Shown here in pieces: positions 13,769 through 25,000 of a DNA stretch of 64,000 nt (position 1 is the stretch's first letter; every line of letters starts with the position of its first letter). This stretch comes from Lytechinus pictus (Eukaryota), in NCBI RefSeq assembly GCF_037042905.1, contig NC_087246.1:57164001-57228000 (forward strand), written 5' to 3'. The position numbers were made by a program, and so were the translations under genes. The notes under the pieces are model-generated. The model did no database searches, was not told the origin of the DNA, and saw only the letters and a program-made list of their open reading frames with translations.

Positions 13769-14119
13769 TAATAATAATAATAATATTCCGCATTTATATA
13801 GCGCTTAATACATCGGAACGACGTCTCTAAGCGCTTTACAGACATATTATTACCCTGGTCATCCTTGCATGCCCGCATACAATGTATGCACCTTCTCCAC
13901 TCCCTGGGGAGCATTCCAACAAGAGTTCCAAGACTCAATTGCTAGGCATACTACATATAGGCTTTCACATCCTACCGGGTACCCATTTAACACCTGGGTG
14001 GAGAGTGGCAAAGTGTGGATTAACGCCTTGCCAAAAGACGCTAGGCCATGGTGGGATTCGAACACACGACCCTCTGATTACAAGGCGAGAGTCAGAACCG
14101 CTACACCACGACGCTTCCC
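13769..14119 (-). mobile_element. Full-length tRNA-derived SINE with L2-type 3' tail
   Basis: A-box TGGTGTAGCGG and B-box GTTCGAATC; central CCACCCAGGTGTTAAATGGGTACC; 3' AAGCGCTTAGAGAC...AAGCGCTATATAAAT followed by (ATT)n. Confidence 0.85.
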
Positions 14120-14278
14120 CTTTTTTATCTAGCCGATATCCTCCTACAAAATAACTTAAAACCGTGTGCTCGCAAAAAAAAAAAAAAAAAAAAAACAGTT
14201 CACAACTATGATTTTGTTTGTTGCTAAATTTTACGCCACTTTCATTGACTGTGGCTATGGTAGGAATTTAATATGATC

Positions 14279-14897
14279 TGGGGCTCATTACCCAAAGCTT
14301 AGCAATGATCGTACAACATTTTTTCTAAGATCGATTACTAGTACATTGACTACAATGTGGTGGTGGTGGTGGTGGTGATTTTTTACCTGATTGCTAAGAA
14401 AGCATGAATGCTTGTACAATCAATCGTGAAAATCAAGCGTGCAATTGATCGCTAACCTCACGGGACCCAGGTCAGTGTTTCATAAAGCTGGTCGTAAAGT
14501 TACACACCACTCTAAAAAATATTGGGTACAAGTATTCCTTGAGGGTAATTAGGCATATGTGTCCAACCAACATTGGGCATTTCTTTTGGGCATTGTTATT
14601 TATCCAGTGTGATGAAAATGTTGCCCATTTTTAAGTAACTGCTGCTTATTTTTTAACCTTATTGGACAATATGCTTTCTGTATTGGATGAAATACTGCCC
14701 CAAATTGGTTGGACACATAATTACCCTCGTGGTGGTAACAATTTTATCCAATATTTTTTACAGTGCACGTCTTTACACAGGACTGGAACATGTTCTTATG
14801 CAGTTATGTGCTAAGTCTACATAGGGATATACCTTTAAGCATAAAGAAATGATACCAGTCTTGTGTAAAGTCATTCGAACGGCTTTATGAAATACCT
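14279..14897. mobile_element. Two adjacent PIF/Harbinger-like MITEs (about 14279-14468 and 14471-14897)
   Basis: First: AAAGCTTAGCAATGATCG / TTGATCGCTAACCT arms. Second: GTGTTTCATAAAGCTG / CGGCTTTATGAAATACC arms, interrupted by a CACT element. Confidence 0.6.
14508..14765. mobile_element. CACT-ended MITE nested in the previous element, 3-bp TSD CAC
   Basis: CACTCTAAAAAATATTGG ... CCAATATTTTTTACAGTG; CAC at 14505-14507 and 14766-14768. Confidence 0.8.
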
Positions 14898-16591
14898 ATT
14901 TGGTAGCCATAGGGACTCGATTGAAGTTTTGACTTTGGTACAAACTAGAAATTGAAGAGGGCAAAACCATATTAATTTCAAAGCGAGTACAAATCCAGTT
15001 TACTTTGTACCTATCATGCACTAATACATGCATGAGAATGGAATTCATGAGAATAACATCTAGTGTGATCGCCCCTTACAAGTGGACTTGGTCTATAGAT
15101 GGAATTCGTCTGTCGTTTCTATGTTATGATACCGTCTGATATCAATAATATCAATATGTAGAAGGCCGAATTCGGGAATCTGGTAAATTTTGATAAAATG
15201 TTTTTTCCACCTATAACCGAGCCCCTCGGTATAAAAACACATGCGTTAATAATCAAAACTAAAAACGAATAATCGTTCATCTGGCTGCGTGTCCAGCGGA
15301 TATCCCGTACTAAAGAACGCTGTCGTTCAGGAAATCAAATCTAGTTTTTTTTATATATACGATAGGACAACACTTCCAATTTAATATTGACAGAAAAGAG
15401 AATTTATTTGGATAATGTTTATTTTCTTGGAAGTCTTGTTAATGCCGGTAAAAACTTCAAGTGTACACGATTTCCAATTAATCCTAGCGATTTTACTCCT
15501 ATTATATTTACATAATACTGTCTTGTGTCATTCATGCAAAACTTTTTTTGCTATGAATATGTATGAAGAAAATATGTTACTAATTTCTTTTTTTTTTCTT
15601 TCTTGTTTTCTCCTCCTGCTTATTGTCCTCCGCAGAATCCCATTTTCATAATTCTGTTGCTGACCACAATTATATGATATGGGGGAGCAAGAAAGTGAGA
15701 AAGGGGGAGAAAAGGAAAGAAAGAGAATGAAATGAAGGTAGGGAGAGGGGATAGATAAAGTAAGGAAAAGAGAGTGAAAAAGAGGCAAAAGATCACGAAG
15801 ATGGGGGACACAGTTGGGGGAAGAAAAAAAAAGGGGGAGAAAATTTAAAGCACAGCCTTTGCCCGTGGACGTAGGTCTGTAGGTTGATAATTATAAAGGG
15901 TAGGGCTCACTGAGCTTTTTTCCATTCTTTTTCAAAGTTCATAAAAATTGTTCTCTCTCATCTTTTTCTCCGCAAAAGAATGGAAGATAAAAAAGAGATT
16001 GATAATGAAAATGTAGTACGAGGGCGAAAGGACCTCTGAGGATCTTGCTTCCAAGAAATAAAAGAAGGAAAAAAAATAACAGTAGAGGGGGAAAAGGAAA
16101 AATGGATAGAAAAAGAAAGATACCGTGTCGGAACGGCCCTATAACATATCCCATGAATGGTATAACGAAGATGGAAAAATGAGAACAAAATGAAAGCGTA
16201 CAGGCCTAAAACTAAAATATATCAGTTGTTTATTTTTGTTACAATATTGTTAAACTAGGAATCTTAAAGTTCTTGCCGCTTCTTGTACCAAATTAGATTA
16301 TGAAGGGAAATGGAAAGACATAGATGGGGGGGGGGGGGGGGGGCAAGGGGGGCAGAAGGGAAAAGGAGAGGACAAAAAAAAGAAGAAAAGCAGCAGAGTG
16401 ACATAAAGGAAGAAGAAACAAAGGGAGGGGGAAAGTGGAGAAAATGGAGAATAATTGGCAGATAGCAAACATTTCAGGTCACGATAAAACAAAAAATCAT
16501 AGAGATGAATCATATTGACATCAGAGGGCGTATTTTATTAAAATGCTGTGAGGAACATTGATCTGTATACGAACAAAGCCGAATACAGATC

Positions 16592-17123
16592 GGTAAATTG
16601 CCCATTCGACTGTTGCCAACTCGTGACTCGTCCACCCATCACATAGTCTAGCTTCATTTAGTCTTATGCCATTCCGTCCATCAACATTTCGGTTAACAAC
16701 TATTTGGTCCAATAACCATTTGATCCAGTCATCACTTCGTCTAATCGCCAGTTCGTATATAACCAGTTGGTCTAATATAGACTTCGTTCCGATGTATTAT
16801 GTTATATAAAAGCGGATTATTATTATATTATTATTATTATTATTATTATTATCATCATCATCATCATCATCATTATTATTATTACTATTATTATTATTAT
16901 CCATTTTATTTTCACTAATTTCGCCGAATTAAAACTTTGTCCTATTAGACCAAACGCTGTGGACTAAAATTGGCTATTTGACCAACTGGTTATCAGACGA
17001 AATGGTGAGTTGACGAAATGGCAATTAGCCCATGTAGATAGTGGACTAAGTAATGGTAGACAAAATGATAGTAGACGAGTTGGTAATTGGACGAATTGGC
17101 ATTAGACGAATTGAAAATAAACC
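16592..17123. mobile_element. Mutator-like MITE, copy 2 (8-bp TSD TACAGATC), interrupted by a SINE tail
   Basis: Same family as 7045-7432; TACAGATC at 16584-16591 and 17124-17131; insert at about 16779-16899. Confidence 0.82.
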
Positions 17124-18269
17124 TACAGATCAGTGGTGATGAATTGATTTGGAGTCTGCTGAATAGGAGCATATTGCCACGCATTGTTATGAGGGGTGGT
17201 CTTGATAATTAAAATTTTGAGGAAAGGTACCAATTATTATCTGCACAAAGTTTCTTTCTGGTGGAGATTGTCATCCCAAAATTATTACCACCCAAACAGA
17301 TATTGGAATCCTAGGCAGGGAGGGGGCGACCCCTCACGGGCCCGTTTGATGCTTAACTGCCGTCATAAATTCTCATAGCAAGAAATTTGTGACGCTCCTT
17401 CGCAATATCAACCCGAAAATTTCACATTAAAAACATTCTGCCCCCCTTTTGAAAATTTCTGGATCAGTCCCTGATATATGTACATACACACCCTCATTTT
17501 TTCCATCCCCCTTAACACACCCACCCACCCCACGCACCGTAATAACTTGTGCGTTTATATACACTCACAGTCACTAAGAGAGAGAATTTAAAAAAATACT
17601 TTGACTGCAGTCTCCTTTTCCTAAGTTTGCCCCTCTTTTCTTCCCCCATTTTATTCATTTTTGTTTTGTTTTGTTTATTTAATCTCTTATATACAGCATG
17701 AAATAAACGTAGAGATATATCTCTATGGAAATAAATGTCTGTTATTGTAGTGTAGGCCTAATCGTTTCAACGCCGTTATCAATGTAAAGTTTTCAACGTA
17801 AGAGGGCAGTCTCCTGCATGGTTTTTATTCTGTTTCGACTTGAAGTTATCTTCTGTTCTATTCATGAAGAAAAAAACTGACAATATTCACAGTTATAGTA
17901 ACGCAATAAATTTTCTCATTGTTTTTATCTTTTGTAGTATGTAATTGATATTTGAATTATGTATTGCTATAATTGATATATAAGTGCTATACTTTAGGTG
18001 CAAATGAAACGAAATCAATTCAAATTAACCACTGGATCTGGTTTATGACTGAAAACCTCAGTTTGATATTCGCTTGGGAAATGGGCCAATTAATGAAATA
18101 TCTGACAAAACACCTTAATTTGATGAAATCCTTCTAGAGGAAAATGTTTCATCTCCAAAAATAATCAAGCTCAATATTTGGTCGGATATCCGATTCCTTA
18201 CTTCATAAAGTATTTAACTTTAACAATCTGAACGGGGGTAAATAATTCATCCAAAAATATCAATTTTTC

Positions 18270-20609
18270 ATGTATCATAGTTCTATCTTTTATTTCACAT
18301 AGAAAATCACGTATCAACAAAATCAATATCAACAAATTAAAGCTTAGTCGTTCTTTACATACTGTATATAAATAAACACACTCTCACTCTGTCACGTTTA
18401 TCGATCTCACAATAGTTTAGGAACGATAAATTCAGATTTACAAAGTTCAATTGAAATACTTACAGTTAATATTGGATTCTAACCAATGCCGTTATACTCT
18501 TCGGTTTCGTTTTATGAATTTTGCCTGCTTAAATGAAAAAAAATCATACCCGTTATTTATCAACTGACCTGTTAATTACAATTTTGGTTTGTCTAGTAAC
18601 TGGATATGCACCAAGTGTTTTCACCATGTTTACAGAAGGTAATACAAGGTAAAAATACAAATTTAATAACAAAAGAATTTCAGTCGATTTGTGCTGGAGC
18701 TCGTTGCATGAAAATCATTACTACGGTAACTTTGACATCATTCATTTCGACATGTTTGATTGGATGTTGAGCCGTGTTGCCATAGAAATTGCTATTGAAG
18801 TTAACTTAATAGTAACCTTTTTTGCAACAAGACCATGGGAACAATGTCATAAAACTTTTAAGGATAACAAATTTGCAACAACAGATTAAAGCTACTGAAA
18901 GCGTTCAATTGGATTCAACTCAATTGAAATAGACATTTCTTTGTCTTTCATTTGGCTTTGAGTAAAACTTGTTGTAGTAATTGTGGATTTTATATTGCAA
19001 CAAGTCTTCATGAAAATCGTCTTTTCCTTCATGTTGTTCGAAATTATTTTGTGATCTTTTGAAGTGTCTTCGCTTGCCCCATTGGCACTTGGCATCAATG
19101 GAAATTTACGTTGAATCGTACTGATTCTAGCCTGATGAGAACTACAACGTTATTTTCAATGGCATATCATCGATTGGACTATAGAGTTGGTATTTAGTTG
19201 TAACTGCAACGTTAAACATACCAAAAATATATCATTTAAAAAGCTATCACGTTTTCAATACATAAAATCTGTACATTATTCAAAAACTAATCTACAAAAC
19301 GAATTTACAAAATAAGGCACCTTTGCCGGCAAGTTACATGTTGGCACTTATCGCTGTAAATCAGACAATATTATGCAACAACATTGAAGATTTACATTAA
19401 AAATAATATATACTACACCCACAATAAGATATTGCGTAAATTCCTCACATTCAAATAAATCACAATCTATTCTATCTCGTATTGTATAAGTCTTATATAT
19501 TTACAACAATCATTTATTATTATCATGTACTGTTTACCACATCGTTATAAATAGGTATATATATATTTACAAAGGAAATCTGTACAAAAGAGCTCAGTAG
19601 TTAATTGCAAAAAATATATTCTTGCAAAGGAAAGTTACTCATGAATAGGAACGTCACTGAATTAATGGAAATGACTTATTAAAAATTAAAATAAAAACAT
19701 ATCAACGGTTTAACATATAACATTAATGTAATAATGTAAAAAAAAAAATACGCATTTTTGGGAAGGAAGTCTATTAACAAGGCCATAAGCTGATACGTAA
19801 TACGAAATTGCATTCTTTAGGCATGTTAGGTAAAAAAAAAACCGTTATATATTCCAAGGATTGTCTCATAACCTATTCAGAGAATGATTCTTATTAAAAA
19901 AAGGAAATTGAAAGCACAGAACTGGCCCTAAATATTTTTTTAAAGGCGTTGATAAAGAGATAAGAGTTCATGATAGGAGGACATTAAATCATTCATATAA
20001 TGAAAACAGAATTGTTAAATCAAGCAATAATGAAAATCCGATTGTGGCGGCATCTTTATCTAAGTTTCATTCTTCAGCATACATGATTTTCTTTTAATCT
20101 TGGATTCATAAATGCAAACTTTTACATCGATTTTTTTTTCATTTTCACGTAGCTAAATATTTTTAGTTTGTGTTCCTTATTTATCATACAGATTTGAAAG
20201 AAAGTGATATCTATAATTATAAATAAGCTTATCGCTCAATTTAAGGCTACATTGTATAAATCAGTTGCGAGTACATTGATACTGTTAAGGCTATAAGTCA
20301 AGGTTAACTATAAAGTATGATTTATAAGGCGTAATTTGGTGATCTTTAAGTTATTTGAAGGCACTTCTTAAGGCGATGTAATTCATAAGGCACTGAATAT
20401 TGAAAACGATTTATAAAATTCTGCTCCCGTAACGCAACAAGATTGTCATCAAAGAGCAATATGCAACAAAATGATAACTGATTGAAAAAAAAAAATTATC
20501 GTTGAAACTCCTACGTCCACAAGAAGCATACTTGCATCATCAATAAATAAACATACATAAGATATTCCATAAATAGACGGACGATCAAGAAGTGTTTTAA
20601 AATAGTTCT
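18270..20609 (-). other. Putative 3' UTR of the scratch gene (distal end uncertain)
   Basis: Follows the TAG and is U/A-rich in the mRNA sense. Candidate AATAAA signals at 19518-19513 and 18294-18289. Contains miRNA seed and Pumilio-type motifs. Confidence 0.45.
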
Positions 20610-20880
20610 CTAAGTGGTCCTGTAGCACGCAGACTCGACATGTTTGTAGAGATAGCTTTTGAGCGCGAAAGCCTTGTTGCACTTTTGACAGACGTACGGT
20701 TTTACGGTGGAGTGTGTCTGAATGTGCGCGCGCAGGTTTGATTTGTCAGCGAAGGCTTTACCACACTGTGGACAGGAGAAAGGACGCTCTCCTGTATGGG
20801 TACGGATATGACCTTGAAGAAGCCAAGGACGGCTGAAACACTTTCCACAAATGTGGCATTTACATCCAAGCTTGTGTGTC
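20610..20880 (-). CDS. scrt: Scratch-family zinc-finger repressor, coding exon 3 (fingers 3-5, stop)
   Basis: Acceptor CTTTTGCAG|G, then [101 protein letters not shown] and the terminal C2HC finger are Snail-superfamily hallmarks; ALKSYL is Scratch-type. Total CDS 1170 nt, 389 aa. Confidence 0.96.
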
Positions 20881-21245
20881 CTGCAAAAGTTATGAGAAAG
20901 AAAACATATATTAATTTACTTTGTTTCATTTTATTTTCATACCGAATCTTTTATATTTTTAGACTGACAACTGCAATAGATAATAATGATGATGATAGTA
21001 ATACAATTCAATTAATATATTCAAGTATAAAAAAGTTTGAAAATTTACCCTGAAGGATCAAATTGTCTCCAAAAACAAATACCCCATTTCTATCTTATAT
21101 TCAAAGCCAAGTATAATATTTCTTAAATTAAAAAAAAATCATGCTATGGATGAGCACTTTTAATTATATGATTTTTTTATCGTTTCGTTTCCTTTTAAAT
21201 GGGGACATCAGAATGCAATGTAAAGCTAAAAGGTTATAGTCTCAC

Positions 21246-22044
21246 CTAATGTGCATACTGAGTGCAGGCATTGAGACGTAGACCTTGTCACAGTGTGGAC
21301 ACTTCCTTGCCTTCTGGTCTGTAACGCTTCTGTGTGTCTGTCTATGCCTGGCCAGGTTACTCGAAGTGCTGTAGCTCTTACCACACTCAGGGCACGAATG
21401 ACCACCGGGCATCATTGCCCCGTTCAAAGGCGACACCGCCATCGGTTGCGATTCTGCCGACGTCGGACTGCCAGGTTGACTGTTGAAATGTGAGATTGGC
21501 GAGCTTTCTGATGAGGTTTGGGGCACGACCATACTAGATGGTGAAGTTGCCTTGATGGGACTTGAGGGAGTAGTGGCGCGGTCATTACGAGAAGGTACAG
21601 ACCCTTCAGCGGGTTGAGCATTACCTATGATGGAACCATAATTGAGAGTTGCGTTGGCTTGACGAATATGGGTTTGATTTAGAAGTCCACTGATATCATT
21701 AGGGTAGAAGAGGGCTTGGGATTGGTCGTAGTATTGTTTTTCCGAGCTGTCAAGCTTCTCAGCAAGTGTAGATAGAATAAAAAGTCCGCTGTGCGAGGAG
21801 TCCATGGTCTTGAGAAGCCCTTCCGTGGACGGGATGTTAAGGGTTGTCACTTGCTGAATCCTCTGTTTCTTCTTGTCCGCGGACGCTTCACTCCTAGGGC
21901 GCCCTCTGCGTTGCTTAGCCTTGCTGCCAACTTGAGAAGGGTGAGATGTTGTGTGGAAGTGGAAGGGTCGATTGCGTGGTGAGGTCGCCGAGACAACCGA
22001 CCTCGCAGATGGAATTTGAATGACGCTGGAGTAGCCATAGTAAC
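21246..22044 (-). CDS. scrt: Scratch-family zinc-finger repressor, coding exon 2 (basic/AT-hook-like region, S/P-rich region, fingers 1-2)
   Basis: Acceptor TTTTTTTCATTCGAAG|GT. The frame is open from YYGYSSVIQIP to CPECGKSYSTSSNLARHRQTH...CPHCDKVYVSMPALSMHI. Donor AG|GTGAG in phase 2; 799 bp fits phase 1 to phase 2. Confidence 0.92.
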
Positions 22045-25000
22045 CTTCGAATGAAAAAAAAAATACATAAACAAGTTAAACTACACGTCAAAACTGAAAA
22101 AAGAACATCAGTAGATTCGAGGTGATAACGAGGTCCCTTTGTTTTCATTTCTAACCCCACGTGGTTTTGAACATGATTACACCAAGAGACTCTGCCAGCA
22201 GATTGATATGAAAGTTACATTCCATGAATTCTATTGCAAAATAGAATAACACTTATATTCATTTTAAGAAAAAAATACAACACGGTTTTTTGGAAAATGT
22301 CTGTTTGGTGCTGATAAGGAACGTCTGACTGATTGGCCGGGATGTCGAGGTTTAGAGCATTGACATCGTCACCCTCATGTTATGATAATAAAAATAAAAG
22401 GGTTCCACCAAAACTTGATCGCATTTTACAGGGCAGATATACAGCTTGGTGTAAAAACCAAAAGTGAATGAAAAATAAGGATTTCATTGAAACCTGTGAC
22501 GTTTGCACACTCTGATTTTAATTTGAAAATGGTAAAAAAAAGGTCCAAGTTCATAAATCACTAACAACGGTTAGAAATATCAAAGAGGTTATTAACGAAA
22601 GAGGTTATTAACAAAAACACTATACAAAATAGTTGAAGTATCTTGAGCTATAAATCATGAATAATATTTGTCAAATATTTTCTACAATGTTTCATCACAG
22701 TCTTGTGGGATTTTTTCAGTTAACGTAAAACACAATATACGATCGAATGAATCTTATTGCCCTTTGCGTGTGTCAAAAAGGTAGAAACTGTGACTGACAA
22801 AGGGTAATGCATCATGAAAAATAGAACAAGTAAAAGAGCAGGTTATCGTCGATTTAATTTTAGGAGTTAGGACGTTTCATGGGCGGCAGTAGACTAACCA
22901 ACGAGTGGGGAGTAGAAGGATACATAGTGCGCATGTTAATCAAGCTCGCGTGCCAGCTGTCATGGGCATGCCGTTGCACATCAATCAGAATACACCGCAC
23001 CTAGAAAACAAACTCACCAACTCCATGAACTCTGGGGTCATATGACAAAGAAAGAAAGGGCAGGGAGGGAGAGAGAGAGGGAAGGGGGTGGGGTAAAAAC
23101 TTGGATGAGCTAAAAGCAATAGCAGCATCAGGGTTGAATAAAAAAATAGTCGACATTCCATCGCAGCGGAGGAGAGATGAAAGCGAGCAGAAGAAGAGAG
23201 GACGCGCGTCCTGATTGGTTGTGTCAAATAGATAGTGGTACTCTCTCCTGGGGCAGGCGCTGTGTGCGTCATGGTGGCTATGAAATAAGCAACCTCCCAG
23301 TCCCGTGCCTTACAGCATGCCGCCTGTCTAGCCAACCTCTCTGCCACGCGACCATTATTTTCATCTTCAGTCATCCTCACACTTCTCCTACTTTTTTTAA
23401 AGTTAAGTTGCGAAGGAAAAGTGCAAATCATCTGACCCCGCCGATGATTCTATTAGAATCTTGAGATACATCCTACAATGTTATGCTGTTGAGTTTATTA
23501 AAAAAGGATTTTGATTTTATTTCTTGTGCCTTCAATATGAAATGGGTATCGATAAATAAATCCTTCGGGAGGAGACCCATCTTTAATTACTCCATCACTA
23601 CAAAAGTGCGAAGCTGTCTGATGTAACCCAGTCATATTTTTTTCAATTAGCTGGTGGCCAGAAGAATGCCAAAGAAATTTCGTAAAGACCGTGTCATAAT
23701 AATAGTTATCACAAATGAAAATATAAGAATCGATTGTTTGCGGTGAAATTTCGTCAACTTTTTTTTTACGTCAACCACCACAACAGAAATCGTCATAGTC
23801 GTGATAGTCAATATTGAGTCCTGTATACATTAAAACGATCGTAGAGAATGGAATTATACATCCACAATATCATTTATTTCGATTTATTTCGCAAATCAAT
23901 TATTATCACGCTTTGATTTCTCGAAAAAGATTTAGGGCGGACAACTTTTCTGTAAGTGCGTTACCCACCCCCACCCCCTCAACATCAATTTGAGCTCTTG
24001 ATTCCATTTTATTTAGAATATTCTGTAACCATGTTCCCCAAATACTCTCCACTATAGGCCTGTATATCATTTATACTGTACCTCCATGATGTTACATGTA
24101 AATAGCCGTTGAAATTACGTTTGTTTGTAGGTGGTGATGGTGGAAGTAGTTCGCTGACGAACAGCTGTTTTCTTGATTGATTGCGAGAAAGATGAGGCCA
24201 GATAGAGGGGGCCTGGAGCAGAACAGACAAGACTGTTTCATTAGCCCAAATATAAAACATCTTCAGCACCATTTTTGTCTCTCTTTAGACCCTTAAGTTC
24301 TTCTTTGGCGATTGCGTAATCAAATGGTATCATGACTGAGGAATTTACAATTTCGGTTGTCCGCTTTGTAATTATTTATTGTTGGTATTTTCTCATTAAA
24401 AGAAATAATATCCTAACGAAAATTCGATCACGATGACAAAATCGGCACATGGACCCATGAAGTTGAGCTATGAAACATTGAATCGCTTTTATTATTTAGC
24501 TTTCATTTAATGTAATTGTTCCGGAGAGGTACTAATGTCACCAGCGTATGTTATTCAAATGCCCTGCCCCCGTTAGTGCATCTCTTTAACAGGATTAGTA
24601 ACAAACATGGCTTATATCACGTATGTACAATGATGTAACCTGTCGCTGGCCTCTATACCCTTCATCATCATTATCATCACCATCCTGTCATATGGCATAG
24701 CAACGAGAGCAAACCAACTTGTCACGCTTGCTCACTGGAAATCAGCCAACCAACTGATGCATGCCGACTTGATAACTGGTGGCTATGACTAGACAACACT
24801 TGTAATGCTTTAGTCATACCATGGGCGTATGATCATACCAACGATTCCGACTCCAAACCGATCAAACGATCGCGTTATCTGGTTTGGATCGGAGTTGGTT
24901 TTGTTGCTGTGACTGTAACACATCAAACCTCCAAAGTCGAAAGAGGAAATTAAAATAAAAAAAATCAGGGGTACGTTGTTGTGCCGATGATCAACTAATT

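Noticed and set aside
19313-20393. TAAGGCAC as a mir-124 gene
   Set aside because: Only the seed matches; the rest of the mature sequence and a hairpin are absent, so these are target sites on the opposite strand.
21242-21850. ORF-track 202-aa protein as a standalone gene
   Set aside because: It starts at GTG and runs into a splice donor; it is an internal part of scratch exon 2, which extends to 22044.
21847-22074. Overlapping alternative-frame ORF in exon 2 (MATPASFKF...)
   Set aside because: Short, with no recognisable domain; relevant only as a possible uORF if the 23018 donor is used.
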